Source: an uncultured Verrucomicrobiota bacterium
GTDB taxonomy: Bacteria > Verrucomicrobiota > Kiritimatiellia > CAIQIC01 > Lenti-01
Direction: 5' to 3'
Length of the DNA: 64,000 nt
NCBI GenBank assembly: GCA_964647595.1
Contig: CAZYGH010000010.1
Coordinates: 20,362-84,361, forward strand
Shown in pieces: positions 1 through 9,026 of the stretch. Under the pieces are notes generated by a model. That model did not search any database. It had not been told where the DNA came from and saw nothing but the letters and a program-made list of their open reading frames with translations. Numbering within the stretch: position 1 is the stretch's first letter; each line of letters opens with the position of its first letter. The translations under genes and the position numbers were made by a program.

Positions 1-56
1 ACCGTCGTGTCCTGCACTGCAGGGTGGGTGGGTTCGACTCCCATGCGTCTCCGCCA
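1..56 (+). tRNA. selC: tRNA-Sec, 3' portion (5' half and anticodon lie outside the window)
   Basis: Long variable-arm hairpin CCTGCA-C-TGCAGG, T arm GTGGG-TTCGACT-CCCAT, acceptor strand ending GCCA at 56, directly upstream of selA. The anticodon is not visible. Confidence 0.88.
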
Positions 57-80
57 ATTGAATGAATGAAGGAGATCGTT

Positions 81-1454
81 ATGAATCTGCATGAAGATCC
101 CCGTCGCGGGATTCCGTCGATGTCGGAGCTGCTGGAGCGCGAAGAGGTGACGGCTCTCATTGCGCGTTACTCGCGCGGAGTGGTGGTGAAGGGGTTGCGC
201 GCGGTGACGGATGAACTGCGGCGATTGCCCGATGGGGGTGGAGAGAAGACCGATGTTCTCGCCATCTTGAAGGCGACGCAACAGCGGTTGGAGGGCGATG
301 AGGTGGATCGGCTTCGTCCCGTGGTGAACGCAACGGGCATTCTGTTGCATACGGGGCTGGGGCGGGCGGTGTTGCCGGGGGAGGCTGCCGAAGGATTGGC
401 CCAGATGGATCGCTGTTGCAATTTGCAGATCGATCTGACCACTGGCAAACGTGGCAAGAGGAATTACTTGTGCGAGCGGCTCCTTTGCGAGCTGACCGGG
501 GCGGAGGCGGCGCTGATTGTGAACAACAATGCGGCGGCCACGTTGCTGATTCTGACGGTGCTGTGCCGTGGGCGCGAAGTGATTGTCTCGCGTGGCGAAC
601 TCATCGAAATTGGCGGTTCGTTTCGGTTGCCGGACTGCATCACGGCCAGCGGGGCCGAGATGCGTGAGGTGGGAACTACCAACAAGACGCATTTGAGGGA
701 CTACGAGGGGGCCTTGACCGAGCGTACGGGGGCGTTGTTGCGGGTGAATCCCAGCAACTATCGCGTGATCGGATTCAGCAAGCGTGTGGAATTGTCCGAG
801 CTGGTGGAGCTGAAGCAAAAGCACGACGTCCTGGTGATCGATGATCTGGGTTGCGGGGCCTTGGTTGAACTGCAGCCGTATGGTTTGCCCCGCGAGTCGC
901 TGGTGCAAGATAGCCTTGCGGCGGGGGCCGACATCGTTTGTTTCAGCGGCGACAAACTCATCGGCGGGCCGCAAGCGGGTATTGTGGTCGGAAGAAAAGA
1001 CCTGATCGATCGAATTCGAAAGCACCCGCTGACGCGCATGTTGCGGGTGGGAAAATTGACCGACATGGCTCTGGAGCAAACGCTGAGATTGTTTCGCGAT
1101 CCGGCGTCGCTGCCGGAGAAACATCCGCTGTATCGCATGCTGGCCAAGACGGTTTCAGACCTGCGCGCCGATGCGAAAAGGCTGGCCAAAAAAATAGGCG
1201 CGGCTGTTTCGGTGGAAGACGGATTCAGTGAGATGGGCGGCGGGGCTTTGCCGGGAGTGCCGTTGCCGACGGCTTTATTGGTGATTCGCGAAAAGGGAGT
1301 TAATCCACTGGAAATCGCTCGTCGCCTGCGCATGCGAGAGGTACCCGTTGTGGCGAGAATTCAAGAAGATGGGGTGGTGTTGGATCTCCGAACGCTTTTG
1401 CCGGGGGAGGATGAAATGGTGGTGAGTGCCGTGAAAGAGGTGTGCCATGGATAA
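81..1454 (+). CDS. selA: L-seryl-tRNA(Sec) selenium transferase
   Basis: Motifs VNATGILLHTGLGRA, VNNNAAA, SRGELIEIGGSFR, EVGTTNKTH and the PLP lysine in FSGDKLIGGPQAG. AAGGAG RBS precedes ATG 81. Confidence 0.97.
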   Translation: MNLHEDPRRGIPSMSELLEREEVTALIARYSRGVVVKGLRAVTDELRRLPDGGGEKTDVLAILKATQQRLEGDEVDRLRPVVNATGILLHTGLGRAVLPGEAAEGLAQMDRCCNLQIDLTTGKRGKRNYLCERLLCELTGAEAALIVNNNAAATLLILTVLCRGREVIVSRGELIEIGGSFRLPDCITASGAEMREVGTTNKTHLRDYEGALTERTGALLRVNPSNYRVIGFSKRVELSELVELKQKHDVLVIDDLGCGALVELQPYGLPRESLVQDSLAAGADIVCFSGDKLIGGPQAGIVVGRKDLIDRIRKHPLTRMLRVGKLTDMALEQTLRLFRDPASLPEKHPLYRMLAKTVSDLRADAKRLAKKIGAAVSVEDGFSEMGGGALPGVPLPTALLVIREKGVNPLEIARRLRMREVPVVARIQEDGVVLDLRTLLPGEDEMVVSAVKEVCHG

Positions 1455-2634
1455 GACGCGTCGAAAGGCGGTGATGACCCGCTCGATCAAGCTGGGGCAT
1501 TGCGTGTGCGATCCCAAAAAACCTTGTCCGTGCGATGTGTTCAAAGCGCAAGATGTATGTCTGTGCGCGGGCGAGCGGTTGCCCGTGCGGTCGGAGGCTG
1601 TAGGGCTGACGCAACATGTGCACAAAGCGGGGTGTGCGTCGAAGATTGGACAAGAAGATCTTCTGGGCATTCTTTCGCGTTTGCCGGCGGTGAACGATCC
1701 GGCGGTGCTGGTGGGGACGGCGGCGGGAGACGATGCGGGGGTCTATCGCCTGAGCGACACGATGGCTCTCGTTCAGACGGTGGATGTGTTCACGCCGTGC
1801 GTGGATGATGCCTATGCGTTCGGGCAAATTGCCGCAGCCAACTCGGTTAGCGATGTCTATGCCATGGGGGGGCGTCCGATCACGGCACTTTCGGTGATTG
1901 GATTTCCGATCGAAACGCTAGGCGGCGAACAAATGGAAGCCATGATGCGGGGAGGGCTGGACAAGCTGAAGGAGGCGGGTTGTGCGCTGATCGGCGGACA
2001 CAGCATCAACGACGAAGAGATCAAGTTTGGTTTTGCGGTGACGGGGCTGATTCATCCAGACCGAGTGGTCTGTCGCGATTGTGCCAAGCCGGGAGATGTG
2101 CTCGTGTTGACCAAGCCGTTGGGCACGGGGATGTTGGCCTTTGCGGCGCAAATTGGACGTGTGGAGGCGGAGGTGTTTGCAGAGGCTCAGGCGGGCATGG
2201 CGATGCTGAACAAAGACGCGGCGGAGTTGATGGTGGAGCTGGGGGCGGGGGCGGCGACCGACGTGACGGGATATGGATTGGCCGGGCATCTGGTAGTGAT
2301 GGCGAAGAATAGCGGTGTCGATGTGGATATCCATGTGGCGTCGCTGCCACTGTATGATGGAGTCGAAAAATGCTTGGCGGACGGCGTGATGCCGGGGGCG
2401 GTGGACCGTAATCAGGCGTATGCCATTCGGTGGGTCAAGAAGGAGACCATACACCCGTCCCTGCCGGTGGTGTTCGATCCGCAGACCTCGGGAGGGCTAT
2501 TGGTTGCGCTGGAGCCGGAAAAGGCGGAGCGCTATGTGAAGGCCCTGCACGAACGTGGGCACAAGCGGACGTGCATCATCGGGCAGGTCAAAGCGCGTGC
2601 GGGCGTAGAGTCCTGCGTCCGGCTGATCGATTGA
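1447..2634 (+). CDS. selD: Selenide, water dikinase (Cys form) with a Cys-rich N-terminal extension
   Basis: GCASKIG, GDDAGVY, QTVDVFTP, AANSVSDVYAMGG, GGHS, TDVTGYGL, DPQTSGGLL. Confidence 0.96.
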   Translation: MDKTRRKAVMTRSIKLGHCVCDPKKPCPCDVFKAQDVCLCAGERLPVRSEAVGLTQHVHKAGCASKIGQEDLLGILSRLPAVNDPAVLVGTAAGDDAGVYRLSDTMALVQTVDVFTPCVDDAYAFGQIAAANSVSDVYAMGGRPITALSVIGFPIETLGGEQMEAMMRGGLDKLKEAGCALIGGHSINDEEIKFGFAVTGLIHPDRVVCRDCAKPGDVLVLTKPLGTGMLAFAAQIGRVEAEVFAEAQAGMAMLNKDAAELMVELGAGAATDVTGYGLAGHLVVMAKNSGVDVDIHVASLPLYDGVEKCLADGVMPGAVDRNQAYAIRWVKKETIHPSLPVVFDPQTSGGLLVALEPEKAERYVKALHERGHKRTCIIGQVKARAGVESCVRLID

Positions 2635-2643
2635 GGGGAGAGC

Positions 2644-4620
2644 ATGAACTTTTCTCCCCCCGGAAGTTGGCGGCCAGAAAGCCGTGATGTGACGATGATG
2701 GTCTGCACGGCGGGCCACGTGGATCATGGAAAAACAAGTTTGGTGAAGTGGCTGACCGGATGCGAGACCGATGTCCTGAAAGAGGAAAAAGAGCGCGGAA
2801 TGACCATTGAGCCGGGGTTTGCTCCGTGCTCCACAAACGATGGCGTGAGCGTGGGAATCACGGATGTGCCGGGGCACGAAAAATTTGTTCGCAACATGGT
2901 CGCCGGGGTTTCCGGCGTGGGAATGTGCATTCTCGTGATCGCGGCGGACGATGGGATCATGCCGCAAACCATTGAACACTTCCAGATCATGGAGCTGCTG
3001 GGGGTGGAGCGCGGCGTGGTGGCGTTGACGAAGCGGGATCTTGTCGATGCGGCGACGCTGGAGCAGCGGATCGGTGAGATTCGCGCGTGGTTGGCGGGAA
3101 GTTTTCTGGAACATGCGCCGATTTGTCCGGTGTCGTCCTCCACGGGAGAAGGAATTTTGGAGTTCCATCAGACTTTTTCCGAGGCCGTGAATATGGCCGT
3201 TCGGTCGGAGCAAATGGGAATTTTTCGCATGCCGGTCGAACGGGTCTTTTCGATGGAAGGATATGGGCGCGTCCTGTCGGGTGTGCCGGTGGTGGGACAG
3301 ATTTCCGAAGGAGATTTGGTGGAGCTGGTTCCCGGTGGTGCGCAGGGGCGAGTGCGGGGGATGCAATGTTTCGGGCGGTCATCGGAGCAGGGGAGCTCGG
3401 GTTTGTGTATGGCGCTGAACATTCCAGATTTTGCGCGGGTTCATCCTCGGCGCGGCCAGGTTCTATGCCTGCCGGGGCGTTTACGGGCGGCCACCGTATT
3501 CCATAGTCGGCTTCAGATGCTGGAGCAGACGGGGATTCGTGTGAAGAACGGTGAACGGGTTATGCTTCACACTGGAACAGCCGAAGTACAGGCGCGCGTC
3601 TATGGTCTTGAAACGAAAGATCTCTCGCCCGGAGATTTGGCTTGGGTGGCGTTGGTCACGGACGAGCCGGTCGCGGCTACGCTTTATGATCGCTATATTC
3701 TTCGCAAATTGAGTCCAGTCCGAACGCTGGGTGGCGGACGATTCTACGATGTTTCGACGGACGCAAAACGGCCGCGCAAGGCCGATGCGCTGAAACGGCT
3801 TGTCCACATTGAAGCCCACTATGCTCGCACGGGATATCGCGACCGCGAGGCCGCGTCCTTGCTGGTGGAGCAGTGCGTGGAGATGAATCATCCGGAAGGC
3901 GTGGATGAGGCTGGCCTGCTGGGAGAGTGCCTGCTGACGGAGGAGGCATTGACAGACGTGCTTGTCGATCTGGTGAAGCGGGGAAACTTGATTCGTATGG
4001 GTCGCGACGGACTTTTGCATCGGCGCAGTGTGGAACAGTTTTGCGCAAGACTAGAGGGCGAAATTTTCAGCTTGTTCGAACAAGGGGAGCGGCTGCTGGA
4101 GACGGAGAGAATCGGGATTGGAGTGCCCGCCGGTGTCAAGACCTACGTGCTGGGCTTGCTCGCGGGTAGGGGGGCGATCGAGCTGAAGGGAAACCGTATT
4201 TTGCCTCCCGGGGGCAAGGAAGAGCCGAGTCCGGAGCAGCAACTTGCCGAGAAGGTCTATGAACTGTATGCCGAAACGGGTTTCAATTCTCCTCGCTCCG
4301 AGGATGTCCCAGACCTCTTGAAGGCCAACGCGCAGAAGGTGGAATCTTTGCTCAAGATGTTATTGACCGAAGGGCGGCTGATCCGAGTTTCGGCCAAGGT
4401 CATTCTCACTCGCGAACACATGGTGATAGCGCAGCAAAAAGTGGTGGAGGCCATTCAGAAAAACGGGCAGCTTGATTCGGGCGATTTCAAATTCCTGATC
4501 GACTCGACACGGAAGTATGCGTTGAGTATTCTGGAATACATGGATCGGACGCATGTCACGGTGCGCTTGGACAGCGTGCGCAAGTTGGCGCCGAACCATG
4601 AAAAACGCATGTTGAAATAA
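2644..4620 (+). CDS. selB: Selenocysteine-specific elongation factor
   Basis: TAGHVDHGKT, ERGMTI, DVPGHEKF, TKRD, and a C-terminal winged-helix motif STRKYALSILEYMD. Confidence 0.96.
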   Translation: MNFSPPGSWRPESRDVTMMVCTAGHVDHGKTSLVKWLTGCETDVLKEEKERGMTIEPGFAPCSTNDGVSVGITDVPGHEKFVRNMVAGVSGVGMCILVIAADDGIMPQTIEHFQIMELLGVERGVVALTKRDLVDAATLEQRIGEIRAWLAGSFLEHAPICPVSSSTGEGILEFHQTFSEAVNMAVRSEQMGIFRMPVERVFSMEGYGRVLSGVPVVGQISEGDLVELVPGGAQGRVRGMQCFGRSSEQGSSGLCMALNIPDFARVHPRRGQVLCLPGRLRAATVFHSRLQMLEQTGIRVKNGERVMLHTGTAEVQARVYGLETKDLSPGDLAWVALVTDEPVAATLYDRYILRKLSPVRTLGGGRFYDVSTDAKRPRKADALKRLVHIEAHYARTGYRDREAASLLVEQCVEMNHPEGVDEAGLLGECLLTEEALTDVLVDLVKRGNLIRMGRDGLLHRRSVEQFCARLEGEIFSLFEQGERLLETERIGIGVPAGVKTYVLGLLAGRGAIELKGNRILPPGGKEEPSPEQQLAEKVYELYAETGFNSPRSEDVPDLLKANAQKVESLLKMLLTEGRLIRVSAKVILTREHMVIAQQKVVEAIQKNGQLDSGDFKFLIDSTRKYALSILEYMDRTHVTVRLDSVRKLAPNHEKRMLK

Positions 4621-4623
4621 ACC

Positions 4624-4881
4624 ATGAGCAAAGGCCGATCATTCTATCGCGGTGGAATCTTGCTTGCGGCTGTTGCCTTCTTGGGAGTCGGGATGGTTCG
4701 CTCCCACAAGGTCTATGAGGCGGATGGCGACTTCGGGGTGTTGGTGTTTGAACGCGTTTCCGAGGTCAGACTGGTTGAATTTGCGACGTATAGCGGCGTG
4801 TATTCGCAGAATGGGCGGATGATTCTTTGCGAGGGGGCCGCTCAGCAAGACGGCAAGCAAAAGTGTCCTACCTGAATGTAG
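4624..4881 (+). CDS. Small membrane-anchored putative selenoprotein ending C-P-T-U-M
   Basis: N-terminal hydrophobic helix. The frame reads KCPT-TGA(4873-4875)-ATG-TAG, and a SECIS-like hairpin starts 14 nt after the UGA. Confidence 0.7.
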
Positions 4882-4889
4882 AACCATCC

Positions 4890-4908
4890 GGTCATCCGTG
4901 CGATGGCC
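4890..4908 (+). promoter_or_regulatory. Putative bacterial SECIS hairpin
   Basis: GGTCATC-CGTGC-GATGGCC: 7-bp stem with one G-U pair, G-containing loop, 14 nt after UGA 4873-4875. Confidence 0.65.
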
Positions 4909-5775
4909 ACTTTACGATTCACCATGATCTTGAAATCGATTTTAACTCCACTTCTGCGGCGCTTTGTGCAGCTTGTTTCGCTGGTTGCGCTGAACAGCTC
5001 GCTGGCCAGCGGGCAGGCCAAGTGGCTGTGCATGCCGGTGATGAATTGTCATTCCTGTGCACTGGCGTGGTTTGCGTGCCCGATTGGGGTGTTTATTCAT
5101 TATGCGGGATATCGGGTATTCCCGTTTCTTGCGTTCGGTACGCTTTTGTTAGTGGGAGTGCTGTTGGGGCGATTCTTGTGTGGATGGGTGTGCCCGATGG
5201 GATTTTTGCAGGACTTGCTCTACAAGATTCCGGGCCGGAAACTCACCCTGCCCCGTTGGACAAAGTACATCAAGTACGTCCTTCTGGTGGTGACCGTGGT
5301 ATTGACACCCTTATGGTTTGGGGAAGATACCTTGTGGTCGTTCTGTCGCGGTTGTCCGGTTTCGGCGATGCAGGCGACGTTGCCCGGTCTGATTGGAGGG
5401 GAAGGCGGACCCTTGCCCCTGCGGACTCTCGTCAAATTGGGCATTTGGGTTGCGGTGTTGTTGCTGGTGGTGGTGAGCCGTCGTGGATTCTGTCGAGTGC
5501 TGTGTCCGATCGGCGCGTTGCTGGCGCCGTTTAATTGGATTAGCTTTTGGCGCGTGAAACCCGTGGAAGGGTGCGTTGGATGCAAAAAGTGCGACACCAC
5601 CTGTCCAACGCAATGCGCTCCTGCCCCTGAGATGATTGCGGGGCAAGCTCCCAGCCGCCAAACCGAATGCGTGGGTTGCAACGATTGTCGCAGCGGGTGT
5701 CCTGTGCGGAAAAAGAAACCTTCCAAAGGCCCCATTGCGCCGCCGCCGCCAAACATGGTAAAAGATCCAGCATGA
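4903..5775 (+). CDS. Membrane 4Fe-4S binding protein (NapH/MauN/YccM-like polyferredoxin)
   Basis: Several TM helices, CxxxCP motifs (GRFLCGWVCPMG, FCRVLCPIG) and two CxxCxxCxxxCP motifs. The start may be 4924. Confidence 0.88.
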   Translation: MATLRFTMILKSILTPLLRRFVQLVSLVALNSSLASGQAKWLCMPVMNCHSCALAWFACPIGVFIHYAGYRVFPFLAFGTLLLVGVLLGRFLCGWVCPMGFLQDLLYKIPGRKLTLPRWTKYIKYVLLVVTVVLTPLWFGEDTLWSFCRGCPVSAMQATLPGLIGGEGGPLPLRTLVKLGIWVAVLLLVVVSRRGFCRVLCPIGALLAPFNWISFWRVKPVEGCVGCKKCDTTCPTQCAPAPEMIAGQAPSRQTECVGCNDCRSGCPVRKKKPSKGPIAPPPPNMVKDPA

Positions 5776-7757
5776 GCAGGTGGAAACATGGATTGATGAG
5801 GATGATGCCCCTCGCCATTTTGTTTGGCTTGCTGACGGGGGTGTCCGATGCGGCAACGTTTTCACTGGAATATCGCACGGATGGGAAATCTGCTGGATTC
5901 TCGTTGCCGCTGGGGGAAAGCGAAGTCCGTTTCAAGAAGGAACCCAACTACGTAGGTAAAGACGTGGTTCGGTGTGCCCTGTATGTCTCTCCCGATCAAA
6001 AAGAATTTATCGGATTTGCCTGCGATTCCGAAGGATCGACGTTGTATCTCGATTTGAATCGCAATCTGGATTTGACGGACGATCCGGAGGGTATCATTCA
6101 CTCGACCTCGGAAGGTTGGGGAAATTCTTTTGAACAGGTGGCCATCTCTGTTGAGCAAGAAGGCCGTCGCCGTGACATGCTGGTGGACATGACGATTTAT
6201 GGTGACCAATGGGGTCGATATGAGGTGAAGTCTTCATGGGAAAGCTCCTCGGTCCTCATTGGCGAGAAGACATTTCGAGTGTCCATTGTAGACGATGGAG
6301 ATGGTGTCATCACGGCGCAGGATGTCTTGTTTCTGGAACCGATCGAAGAATTCCAGGAAGAAGGTGCCGAAGGAATATCGGTGGAATTGAAGGCTCCGAC
6401 CACGTTGGTTCTCAATGGGTTGCCGTATGCATTGAACTACGCACTGAGTTCCGACGGGAAAGCGGTGGCATTGTCCGTCGATCCGAGATCCACCCCGTTG
6501 GTGGAGGTTGAGATGAAGGGGCATGGGGTTGAGCGCATTGTCATGCAGGACGAAGCCTTGGCCTCTGTATACTTGGGTCCGTCCTCCATCCTTCAGATTC
6601 CACCGGGAAACTATTACGGTGACGTATGGGTGCGGATGGGGGAAGGAAAGAAGAGCAGCTTGTGGAATGCCGGGAATGTTCCCCTTCGCGTCAAAGGTGG
6701 CTCGGGGCGGGAATCCTGGCTTGTGGGCGGGCCCATTGTCAGCAAACTGACCAGCTCGATTCCAAGCAATCGGATTCGGTTTGATCAAGCGACGATGGGC
6801 GCGGGTGGCGAAAAATATACGCCGGACAGTTTTTCAGGAGGGGCCATTGGTCAGCCGAAATTGCGTATCAAAAAAGCGGGCGAGGTCATCCACGTCGGCG
6901 AATTCGAGTATGGATGAGGCGGGACCTGTTCGTACTCATGGAGAGTACCTTTCAGTTTATTGGGTTCGTTAGAATGCTCGGTCTTTTTCGAAGGCGAGAA
7001 CGGGGACCTGATCACGTCCGAGCCCCTGATGGTCCACATTACGCTCTTCACCAAAGTGAAAGGTGTGTTGTTTTGGCTGGTTCTCCTGCCATTCCTGCTG
7101 TTGAAGGAAAACCGATCGCGCAAGGTTCTTTGGGCATTTTTGCCCTGTGCTGTTTGGCTTGGAATTGCGTTTGGACTCGAAATGGGTGTGGGCATACCCA
7201 GCGAAGTGATGGTTCCGGTGCCGATGATTTTATGCGGGCTATTATTGGCTGGCGCGCGTTTCCAGCGGTGGAAGGGTGGGGGCTCGCTTCTTGGGACGGT
7301 GTTGTTCGCCGCGCTCTTTCATGGGGTTTGGATGTATATGGGAAATATAGAAAATTTTCCATATTCCGCCATCGCTTCCGGGGTGTTGTTCCTGTTGGTG
7401 TTGGTTTCGCTTGTCCTTGCCCGACTGGCTTGTCGCGGAAAATATTCCGTGGTGAAGCTATCCCTCTTTCTGTTGCCCGTGGTTTTGGCGGCGACGGTGG
7501 TATTCGTTTTTGCCAGCGGGCTTCTGATCGCTCTGACACAAGGCGAATTGGGCAGCGCTATCGAGGCCGAGTTTCTTCTGGCGATGATCATGCCGATTGC
7601 GATGGCTGGGCTGATCGTTTACGGGATGCTGATGTCTTTCCTCTTGGTTCCGTTTTTGTCGGAATTTCATCGCGATCGTCTTTGCAACCTGTTGAAGCTA
7701 CGGCGGGATATTCCCCCGGTCCTCGAGCCGCCGCCGATGCCCTCCACACCATCTTGA
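5772..7757 (+). CDS. Putative exported, membrane-anchored selenoprotein (FEYG-U-GGTC), paralog 1, about 661 aa
   Basis: ATGA overlap with the upstream gene, signal peptide, and a YLDLNRNLDLTDD motif. In-frame TGA 6915-6917 joins ORFs 5667..6917 and 6960..7757, with a SECIS-like hairpin downstream. The C-terminal part is multi-TM. Confidence 0.85.
6932..6948 (+). promoter_or_regulatory. Putative SECIS hairpin
   Basis: GTACTC-ATGGA-GAGTAC, a perfect 6-bp stem 14 nt after the UGA. Confidence 0.8.
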
Positions 7758-7835
7758 AGCGCTGGTGCCTTTCGGCCTCTCATGGCCGACGTATGTGTGC
7801 AGTCTCGAATCCCACCCCTGCAGAAGGAGCCGTCC

Positions 7836-9026
7836 ATGAGCGAATGCTGTGCAACGAACTGTTGTGAAACGAAAAGCGAAATGGATCCAAACGTGTGGTT
7901 TGGCGACATGATCCAACACTGCTATGATCGTGCCACAACGGCAAAGGCGGAGGGGCGGCCCATCATCGGTATTCTGTGTGAATATACTCCCCGCGAATTG
8001 ATTCTTGCGGCGGGAGGTTTTCCTGTTTGCCTTTGCGGTGGCGATGTCAAAAAGATTCCGCCCGCCGAAGAAATTCTTCCTTCCAACCTCTGCCCTTTGA
8101 TTAAGTCCACCTTTGGATATCATCTGACGGGCGCAAATCCGTTTTTGGAGATGGCCGATTTGCTGGTGGCGGAAACGACGTGTGACGGTAAAAAGAAAAT
8201 GTACGAACTGATGGCGGAACGCCGTCCGATGCACGTGCTGGAGTTGCCGCAAAAGCCAAACGAACCCGACGCCTTTGCTCATTGGTTGTCGGAGCTGGAG
8301 CGCTTGCGCGCCGAATTGGAGCGACGTTTTGGCGTCCACATCACAGACGATCGCTTGCGCGAGGCCATTCGTGCCATGAACCGCGAGCGAGCGTTGAGGA
8401 GAGATCTTGCCGAACAAATGCGCCGCGATCCGCCGCCCTTCACGGGACGCGAATTACTGGATTACAAGAGCCTCATTTCCTGTTTGCCCGCAGATATGGA
8501 ACAATATGAGAGGGCCTGCCTCATGGCCACCGCGTCGCCGGGGCGAGCGGATCTGGCGGGGCGGGTTCGCGTGCTGTTGACGGGGGTGCCGGTCGTTCAC
8601 ATGGCGGAAAAAGTGGTGGATCTGATCGAGTCCCATGGCGGGGTGATTGTCTGCCAAGAAAACTGCACGGGGGTGAAGCCCATCCTCGAAGATGTGGACG
8701 AAGCGGCCCCGAATCCGCTACGGGCGATTGCGGAGAAGTATTTCCATTTGCCTTGTTCGGTCATGACGCCAAACGACGGGCGGCTGGATCTGATCCGTCA
8801 ACTCGCGAAGGAGTACCGACCCGATGCCGTGATTGAGCTGATTTGGCAGGCGTGTTTGACGTATGACGTGGAATCCAACCGCATCAAACGTTGGACGGAA
8901 GCGGAATTGAAGCTTCCCTACTTGAGGATTGAGACCGATTATTCGCCCTCCGATTCGGCTCGCATTGCGCTTCGCGTGGAGGCTCTTTTTGAAACGGTTC
9001 GCGCCCGCCGGAAGAATGCGAAATGA
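7836..9026 (+). CDS. 2-hydroxyacyl-CoA dehydratase subunit-like (HgdB/YjiM) Fe-S protein, probably of the double-cubane cluster type
   Basis: GILCEYTP, LCGG, NLCPLIKS, ETTCDGKKKMYE, ENCTG, PCSV, QACLTY, IETDYS. AGGAG RBS precedes ATG 7836. Confidence 0.85.
   Translation: MSECCATNCCETKSEMDPNVWFGDMIQHCYDRATTAKAEGRPIIGILCEYTPRELILAAGGFPVCLCGGDVKKIPPAEEILPSNLCPLIKSTFGYHLTGANPFLEMADLLVAETTCDGKKKMYELMAERRPMHVLELPQKPNEPDAFAHWLSELERLRAELERRFGVHITDDRLREAIRAMNRERALRRDLAEQMRRDPPPFTGRELLDYKSLISCLPADMEQYERACLMATASPGRADLAGRVRVLLTGVPVVHMAEKVVDLIESHGGVIVCQENCTGVKPILEDVDEAAPNPLRAIAEKYFHLPCSVMTPNDGRLDLIRQLAKEYRPDAVIELIWQACLTYDVESNRIKRWTEAELKLPYLRIETDYSPSDSARIALRVEALFETVRARRKNAK

Noticed and set aside
5773-5775. 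TGA stops of the polyferredoxin and of the Fe-S protein (9024-9026) as Sec codons
   Set aside because: Both are ordinary ATGA stop/start overlaps.
6914-7867. 317-aa ORF overlapping the selenoprotein 1 UGA
   Set aside because: Alternative frame without recognisable features; the in-frame readthrough explains the region and is conserved in paralogs.
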